From assembly GCF_000372725.1 (NCBI RefSeq), contig NW_005201102.1:186001-250000 (forward strand): a stretch of DNA of 64,000 bases. The letters run 5' to 3'. The position numbers and the translations under genes are program-made. Positions 56,636 to 64,000 of this stretch are shown here, piece by piece (positions within the stretch are counted from its first letter, which is position 1; the number at the start of each line of letters is the position of its first letter). The notes under the pieces are model-generated. The model did not search any database, was not told the origin of the DNA, and worked only from the letters and a program-made list of their open reading frames with translations. Origin of the DNA: Emiliania huxleyi CCMP1516. Taxonomy: Eukaryota.

Positions 56636-59600
56636 CTAGTCGGTCGCCTCCTCCTCGGCGAGGCGCGCGGCGAGGATGGCCTTGGCCGTCGCCTATTCTC
56701 CGCCAGCTGTCGGTTTCTGCGCGAGTTCTTCTTGTCGCGCCAGCTCTGGTCTTAAGCGTCGCCTCCATGCAGAGCGCCTCCTGCTCGTCCTTGACGCCGC
56801 ACCTAAAAAAGAAAAAACAGGTCCGAAAAGGAATACAGCGCCCCCTGCTCGTCCTTGACGCCGCACATCTTTGGGAGGAAGGAGTCGTCCTCGAACTGCG
56901 CGACGCCGAACGGCGCGAGCCTGCAGTGTGAATGCGCCAGCACTAACTAATTAATCAATTAAGTCGTTTGACGGGCGCGAGCCTGCAGTGTGAATGCGCC
57001 AACACCATCGGGGCGGGGCGACGGCAGGGCGCAGCGTCTCCAGAGCACCGCGAGAGTGAGAGCGATGCGAATACCGCGAGCACGGCTCGACTACTACGTG
57101 TCCTCTCGAGCGCGACGTGGCATGCAAGAAGACGTCTTCCGCTTCTCTAAGCGGCGCGAGCCCCGTTCGCGCGACGCGGCCGAGATATGGGGAGATATGG
57201 GGAGATATGGGGAGATATGGGGAGATATGGGGAGATATGGCGCGAGCCCCGTCCGCGCGACGCGGCCGACGAACTGCCGCAGCGTGTTAGCCGAGTGGTT
57301 GGCGATGAAGTCGCGGTCGACGAGCACCTGATGGAGAGTGAAATGAGTGAATGAACTAGCTCGTGTCGTTTGAGCGCGAGGACGGACGACATCGGAGGGG
57401 CGACCTGCTCGTACTCTCGGGTACTCTCGGGTACTCTCGGGTACTCTCGGGTACTCTCGGGTACTCTCGGGTATCCTCGGGTACTCTCGGAGGGGTGGCC
57501 TGCGCAGAAACAAGGGAGGCGACTCTGTCCTCCGACGCCTCTCCGAGGTGGTGGCCGACGCTACATCGACGAGCACCGACGTGCAGGGCACGTTGGCGCC
57601 GTACGTGAAGTCCTTGGTCACGCCGCAGACGGCGAGCGCGCCCTTCTCCATCTGGTCCGCGACGTAGTTTGTGTAGGCGATGTCGCCCTTTGGGTTGAGC
57701 GACGGCTCGAGCGGCATGTGCGCCGCCACGCCTACCGACAGGGGGCATGGCGACGCTCGGGGCTCCCTTCCTCTCGGCTCGAGCGGGCGTGTGCGCTTCC
57801 GCGCCCGAGAGGAGCAGCGAGCGCCACGTGTCGTCCACCGGCAGCGAGTCCACCTTTTTGAAGTCGCCGGTCGACGGCACCGACCGGTAGAAGGCGCCGT
57901 CGAACTGGTTGACCATTTGCGGCGCGAACTTCTTGAGGTGCGCCTTGGAGTGTTGTCGACGCGGGCATGAGTGAGAAAGAGTGCGTGGCTGCTTCTGAGG
58001 TGCGCGCCTTGGAGTTGGTCGACGCGGGCAGGAGTGAGAAAGAGTGAGTGCGTGGCAGCTTCTTGAGGTGGCAGCGCCTTGGAGTTGACAACGCAGTCCT
58101 CGGGGATCTTGAGCAGACCCGACGACTCGGAGAGGCCTACAGACACGGACGTCTCGACGCTGCAGGAGCGAGACCCTGTGCGGGCAGCGGCGGGAGAGGG
58201 GGGGGGTGCGAGGACCCATGTCGCGCAGCTTCGCGGCGATGATCTCCTCGACGCGGTCCTCGCCCCCCTTGACCTGCGAGAAAAAGAATTCTTTTGGCGA
58301 GGGAGAGTCTCGACGTCCCACCTCGGTTTCTGTGCTCAGAGTGTCGTGACCTTCTCCGCCTCCTTGCGGATGTTGCTCATCACCTGATTCAGTCATGCAA
58401 TCAATAGACTCCATTCAATACACGTCCTTCATTCGCAGCTTGCGGGCATGTGGGACATCACCTTCTCCGCGGCGGCCTCCTCCGCTTCGAGGTCCTTGTT
58501 CAGCTTCTTGAGCGACGGCATCTCGGCGATCAGCGCCTAGAAGACAGAACCCCGCCCACCAATCTTTCTTTTTTCTTCGTGGGCGGCGGCATCGCGGCGA
58601 CCCGCGCCCCGGACTGCACCATGATCTGCTTGTGCGGCTGCGCGGACACGGTGAGCGTCATGCCGGGGAAGTGGTGCGCGTTGCCCAGCAGCAGCTGCTC
58701 GGTCGAGTACGGCGGGAAGATCGCCTTCTGCATGTTCGTCGACGGCGTGCAGAAGGCCTTGATCAGCGCCGCGTCGCCGCACTCGCACAGCGTCTGGAGC
58801 ATGTAGCTCGCATAGTGGCGCAGCGTCGAGTGCGACAGCTTGGACAGGTCCGAAAAGTGGTCGTCCACCGCCGTCACCGTGAAGCCCGCCCGCTGAGCGT
58901 GCGCCGCGACGTCCTCCTCCTCGAGCCGGTCCTACAAGAACAAGAGACGGCGCGCGCTGCCTTGCAGGCGCGGCGTGTGGCGCCCGCGCGGCTCGTGAGA
59001 TCCGCTCGCGCCTGCATCGAGACGATCGCCTGCGCGGTGTACGCCTTGAGCAGCAGCGGCTCGACCTGGAGGCGAGGTCACCCGAGATCGCCCGAGATGG
59101 CCCGAGATGGCCCGAGATGACCTTGAGCAGCAGCGGCTCCACCTTGAGCCGCCCCACGAAGTCGGCGAGCGCTTGCGCCGGCTCCTCGGCCTCGGCGACC
59201 ATCGAGTGCGGCAGCGCGACTTGCCCATTCGCCTTGACGAGCAGGACGCCGACGTTGAGCTGCATCGACACGAGCTCGGCGACGCCGTCAGCGTCCTCGA
59301 CGATGTTGAACCGCTCCTTGACGCAGTAGCAGCAGCAGTGAGAATGATTATCACTCCCGGTGATGATTATCATCACTACTGGTAGTGATGATGTTGATCC
59401 GCCCCTTAGTAGCAGCGGCAAGAGGACGGATCATAGTGCTGCTGGTAATAACGATACTGATGATCTCGATCCGCTCCTTGAAGTATCCAATCGGCGTCTG
59501 CAGGTACGCGGCCGCCGGCAGCGTCGCCGACATCCAAACTGTCTTATACGGCGCCTGTGGACATGTCTCGGACATGTCCCGGACGTGTCCCGGTCGCCGC

Positions 59601-59938
59601 CTCTCCAGCCCTGTGTCTTGTGCGCGCGTCGAGCATGCCCGACACCATCGCATGCGTGAGCGTGCCTGGCCCGAGCGCCTGCCCGCCGCCCTGGTCGGCG
59701 CCCATCGTCGGCTCGTCGATGATGAGCACCGTCTTGTGCGGGTCCATCTGCATCGAGAGCCAGGAGCAGGACGCGACGTCCGTCACGAACATGCGCGGCG
59801 GCCGAATCACCTGCGCGCCGACTCCGTGGTGAATCCGCTGGCCAGTCCTCTCATTGGCTGCTTGGGCACGAGCCGCCGATCACTACTAGACTGCTCGCCT
59901 GCCTGACGCTGGCACCATTGCCGCTGCTGCTGCTGCTG

Positions 59939-60014
<76 letters not shown>

Positions 60015-61547
60015 TGCTGCTGTTACTGCTGCTGCTCGCCTGCACGTGCCGCTTGCGCGCGCGCTGGTTCGAGAGGCCGCCCGTGGTCTCCTGGATCCGC
60101 TCCACGCCAAGCCGCAGCTTCTCCTCCATCTGAGCCTAGGAGACAGGACCTCGCCCGCCTCGGAAGGAGGAGACGCCGCGGTGTCGCCGCTCGCCCCTCC
60201 GTCGTCTGTGCCATCGAGTTGGAGGTGGAGGAGCCGCGCAGGCCGCACAGCCAGGAGCAGGTGATCTGCTGGTTGTGCACCCACGCGAACGGGATCCCCA
60301 TGTTGTACAGCGTCTGGGCAACCTCGAGGTTGACGCGGCGCGCGAGGCAGCAGAAGACGACGCGGTGCTCGGGAAACAGCTCCGGCAGCGCCGGCGCGAG
60401 CGACGTCTTCCCCGTGTCGGGGGGCGATCGGAGGAGGACGAGCTGAGGCCCGGGCCGCGCGACCGCCTTGAAGAGCTGCACTTGGGAGGGGTACGGCTGC
60501 AGGAACTTGGACGCGTGCCGAGCCTTGAACTGGGACGAGGAGAGCAGCGCCGGGTGCTTGCGCAGGCACCTAGTACCATACCCCCACAGTATCGAATCCA
60601 GCGTGGGTTCAGTCCCGCCGGTGGTGCGGCAGGCACTTGTGCACTGTGAACTTGACCTTGACCTTGAGCGAGGCGAGGACGTGGCGCGCGTCGGCGAGGA
60701 TCTGCAGCGGCGGCAGCTCCTCGACCCCGTACCGCATCTTGTACTGCGTCTCGAAGATGACCACCGCGTCCGCCAGGTTGCGCACCGTCTTGTAGCGCGC
60801 CTCCTCCGAGTCCTTGTCGCCGTCGCTCTTCTTCTTGGCGAGCTGGCCGGCGGCGGTGCCCATCTCCTTGGCGAGCTGGAGCTCCCACGGCGCGTCGAGC
60901 ACCAGGTTCTTGCCCGGCTCGAGCGCCTCGAGCCAGCCCACCGCCCGGTCCCCAACCTGCACCTTTTTGAGCGTGTTGGACTTTGCCGCCTCGCCGTTCA
61001 TGATCCGCATCACGTTGTCAATCTTGATCTGCGTCTTGGTGTTGACGCCGCCGCCGCCGCCGCCCTTGCCGCCGCCGCCGCCCTTTTTGCCGCCGCCCTT
61101 GCCGCCGCCGCCCTTCTTGCCCTTCTTGCCCTCAGCGGCCGCCTCCTCTGGCAGGTCGAGCGGCAGCGCGGCCAGCTTCGGCCGGATGTGCGTCTTGTAG
61201 CACCAGGAGGCAAAGTCGTCCATCTCGGCGAGCATGTCGCCGAGGAACTTGCCGTTCGAGTCGTCCAGCTGCATCTCGCCCTTGGTGCGGATCTGCGAGC
61301 ACGCGCGCCGCAGCATCTCGGCGACCGTCTTCTTCTGGTACGAGAGCGCCGCCTCGATGTTCTTCCACTCCATCTTGTTGACCGAGTCCATGAGCAGGTC
61401 CGACGCGCCGAACCCCTCCGGCTCGGCCTCCGGGTCCGCGGCCGGCGCCGGGGGAGCGCTGCTGGAGGCGGCGGCGGACATTGTCGGCTGGTCGTCGCGC
61501 GAATGAGACGACGCGGGCTGAGACTGAAAAGAGAATTTGCTCGTCAT
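56636..61547 (-). CDS. Multi-intron superfamily 2 (Ski2-like) helicase; start at 61547 or 61481
   Basis: Motifs in order: LQPYPSQ (Q), SPPDTGKT (I), VVFCCLARRVN (Ia), IIDEPT (II), WMSATLP (III), TKDFTYGANVPCTSV (V), LRQFVGRVARTG (VI). Terminal exons join through introns 56921-57247, 56803-56866 and 56693-56762 to TAG at 56636-56638. Confidence 0.8.
59922..60035. repeat. (CTG/CAG)n microsatellite inside a predicted helicase intron
   Basis: About 37 near-perfect ctg units. Confidence 0.95.
60576..60629 (-). mobile_element. Introner-like element, family A, copy 4 (in predicted intron 60570-60636)
   Basis: + strand CCATACCCCCACAGTATCGAATCCAGCGTGGGTTCAGTCCCGCCGGTGGTGCGG flanked by the duplicate gcaggcac. 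Removal restores FTVHK/CLRKHPALL. Confidence 0.8.
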
Positions 61548-61660
61548 GCAAGGGGAAAGCTGGAGGGCGGTACTAACCCTCGGAGACCCGTGTTTACTTT
61601 ACGGCCCTTTCCCTCCAAGTACTGCTTTGCCTGCGCTTTCTGTTTCTTCTTTCTGGCGGC

Positions 61661-63418
61661 ATGAGCGGCGCCGCGAGCCCAACTCTGCCCCCTGGGGGGC
61701 TGCCCAAGCTGGCGGTTGGCGACCTGGGCTCGCTGCGCGCCTTCCTCTCCGGGCGGCGGACGCGCGGCACGTCGCCCACGGCCCAGCTCGACGCGCGGCA
61801 CGACACCGAGAAGCAGGACACGCTGCTCACCTGGGCCGCTCGGCACGGGCAGGCCGAGGCGGTGCGGCTGCTGCTCGAGGGCGGCGCGAGCGTCGGGGCG
61901 ACGACTGGCGGCGGCGCGTCCGCGCTGTATATCGCGTGCCAGAACGGCCACCTCGAGTGCGCCCAGCTGCTCCTCGAGGCTGGCGCGGCGGTCGACCAAG
62001 TCGTCCAGCAGAACGGCGCCACGCCGCTGCTCATCGCGAGCCAGAACGGCCACCTCGAGTGCGCCCGGCTGCTTCTCGAGGCCAGCGCGGCGGTCGGCCA
62101 AGCCAACACCAGAGGCGGCACGCCGCTGATCGCCGCGTGCTTCCAAGGCCACCTCGAGATCGCCAAGCTGCTGCGCGACGCGGGCGCTTTGATCAACCAA
62201 GCCAGGGACGACGGCGTCACACCGCTGTTCATTGCGTGCGAGAAAGGCCGCGTCGAGTGCGCCAGGCTCCTTCTCAAGGCGGGTGCGGCGATCGACCAAG
62301 CCGATGAGGACGGCACCACGCCGCTGAGCGCTGCGAGCCTGGCTGGCGAGGTCGACTGCGTTCGGCTGATGATCACCGCCGGCGCTGCGGTGAACCAAGC
62401 AGATTCTGACGGCCACACGCCGCTGTGCGTCGCGTGCCAGGAGGGGCACATCGAAGTCGCCCGGCTGCTCCTCGAGGCCAGCGCTTCGGTCGACCAAGCT
62501 CGCCACGATGGCATCACGCCGCTGTACATGGCGTGCCAGAACGGCCACCTCGAGATCGCCCGGCTGCTCCTCGAGGCCAGCGCTGCAGCCAACCAAGCAA
62601 ATTCTAGCGGCTTCAATCCGCTGTTCGTCGCGTGCGGCAGGGGCCACCTCGAGATCGCCCGGCTGCTCCTCGAGGCCGGTGCGGCGGTCGGCCAAGCTGA
62701 TGAGGACGGCACCACGCCGCTGTTCAAGGCGTGCGATAAGGGCCACCTCGAGATCGTCCGGCTGCTGCTCGAGGCCAGCGCGGCGGTCAACCAAGCCCAT
62801 GTCAGTGGCGCCACGCCGCTGCTCAAGGCGTGCCAGAAGAGCCACGTCGAGATTGTCAAGCTGCTCCTCGAGGCTGGCGCAGTGGTCGACCAAGCCAGCG
62901 GCAACGGCGTCACGCCACTGATCATGGCGTGTCACGAGGGCCACCTCGAGGTCGCCAAGCTCCTCTCCTCCTACGGCGCCTCCCGCGCCGCTACGGCCCT
63001 CTGCACGCCCGAGGAGGCCGCAAACAGCGCAGGCCACGCCGACCTCGCCGCCTGGCTGGTCGCCAGCCGCGGCTGGACGCCGCTCGCGCACCTTGAGAGC
63101 CTCACCGCCGCCCGCGCGCTCTCCCTGCTGCGCAGCGGCGCAAGCCTGCACGAGGGCGAGCCGACGCCGCTGCAGCGCGCCGCGGGCGGCGAGGGCGAGG
63201 CGGCGGCGCTGATCCGGCGGGCGGCGGCGCCGTGGTCGCCGGCAAGCCACTCGCTCTTCCCCGCGGCGGCCCGCGCGCGGGCGGCGCTCCTCGTCGTCTC
63301 GCTCTACGAGATCCACGAGCGGTACCACCTCGACTCGGCAGGAGCCACGAACGGCATCGCGGCGCGCGACTTTGTCACGTGCGTGCTGCGCTTCGCGATC
63401 ACGCGCGAGACGGAGTAG
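61661..63418 (+). CDS. Ankyrin-repeat protein (about 12 repeats) with C-terminal WSPASHSLFP helical region; head-to-head with the helicase
   Basis: Repeated GxTPLxxACxxGHLEIARLLLEAxAxVxQA 33-aa units in one intronless ORF. Confidence 0.95.
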   Translation: MSGAASPTLPPGGLPKLAVGDLGSLRAFLSGRRTRGTSPTAQLDARHDTEKQDTLLTWAARHGQAEAVRLLLEGGASVGATTGGGASALYIACQNGHLECAQLLLEAGAAVDQVVQQNGATPLLIASQNGHLECARLLLEASAAVGQANTRGGTPLIAACFQGHLEIAKLLRDAGALINQARDDGVTPLFIACEKGRVECARLLLKAGAAIDQADEDGTTPLSAASLAGEVDCVRLMITAGAAVNQADSDGHTPLCVACQEGHIEVARLLLEASASVDQARHDGITPLYMACQNGHLEIARLLLEASAAANQANSSGFNPLFVACGRGHLEIARLLLEAGAAVGQADEDGTTPLFKACDKGHLEIVRLLLEASAAVNQAHVSGATPLLKACQKSHVEIVKLLLEAGAVVDQASGNGVTPLIMACHEGHLEVAKLLSSYGASRAATALCTPEEAANSAGHADLAAWLVASRGWTPLAHLESLTAARALSLLRSGASLHEGEPTPLQRAAGGEGEAAALIRRAAAPWSPASHSLFPAAARARAALLVVSLYEIHERYHLDSAGATNGIAARDFVTCVLRFAITRETE

Positions 63419-64000
63419 GGGAGCACTGTGGTGGCCCTGCTCTCACCTTGGAACCGCCGCGACGGTCCCTCTCCTGTTGTTTAAGATAGTACTCGCAACT
63501 GGATCGGACTGCCGTCTCCGTTTATCTCGCAACGTTCCAACGTAACGTACATTCTGTCGAGATATGGTTGTTTGTGGCCACTAAAGTCTCTGCACCATGC
63601 CATACCCTTTCGCAGGCGGTCCGTTTTCTTTTATGTTTTAAGTGTTGCCCGCCGTCGCAGCGGACCTTCACATTACAAGGTCAGTAGCAGTCGTGACGCG
63701 TGTCAACCCCGCTTCCTCGCCACCACCACCACCATCGGGTCCCGCTGCCCCACCCAGCCGTCGGGGCTCACGTCGGCGACGCCCACCTCTGCCCAGTCGG
63801 CCGAGTAGCGAAAGTGTGAGGTTAGTCAGAGGCTGCGCAGGCCGTCTCGTTTGCATGTTTGAAGAAAAAACGCTGATCCCACAACATGTGCCAAAACGGC
63901 GGCTCCGGCCGCGGCACCTCTCGATGGGTTCCACTTTCTACGCACACCCACACGCACAGGGGCCGAGAGGGGGGGTCTCACGTACATAGATCACATACCG

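Noticed and set aside
56636..58414. A separate gene downstream of the helicase with its own AATTCTTTT promoter at ~58288
   Set aside because: It encodes helicase motifs V and VI, so it is the 3' part of the 61547 gene; the motif there is an intron pyrimidine tract.
59918..60133. Poly-Leu/poly-Ser/poly-Ala ORFs
   Set aside because: Translations of a (CTG)n microsatellite in a helicase intron.
1..64000. Hundreds of long overlapping Arg/Ala/Pro-rich ORFs in alternative frames and antisense
   Set aside because: Expected shadow ORFs in very GC-rich DNA; they have no motifs and overlap better-supported genes.
1..64000. tRNA, rRNA or prokaryote-type defence operons
   Set aside because: No cloverleaf, rRNA-like or operon-like signal recognised by eye; a covariance-model scan was not possible.

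Overview
Very GC-rich, intron-containing eukaryotic DNA. It is most likely a haptophyte such as Emiliania/Gephyrocapsa huxleyi; this is inferred from base composition, the GC-AG intron majority, decamer-repeat introns and gene families, not from a database match. I read about 20 protein-coding loci. These include an arginine ADP-ribosyltransferase-LRR fusion, an ATRX-like SNF2 remodeller, a GT61-like glycosyltransferase, a decayed PhyH/SGNH/ACP-ECH-ECH-TE locus, a threonine-synthase-like/ornithine-cyclodeaminase-like fusion ending in SKL, an MLKL-N-like kinase with zinc fingers, EF-hand proteins, a class 3 lipase, an equilibrative nucleoside transporter, a PDZ protein, an Erv1/ALR oxidase, a multi-intron SF2 helicase and an ankyrin protein. 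The strongest signal is in the introns. More than 20 predicted introns, mostly 64-79 nt, consist of a duplicate of the adjacent exon sequence (about 8-46 nt) plus a filler from a few recurring families, including one ~55-nt element present in four introns of three unrelated genes, always in sense orientation. This looks like an active or recent intron-generating system. All gene models were spliced by hand without RNA data, and domain calls rest on motif recognition only.
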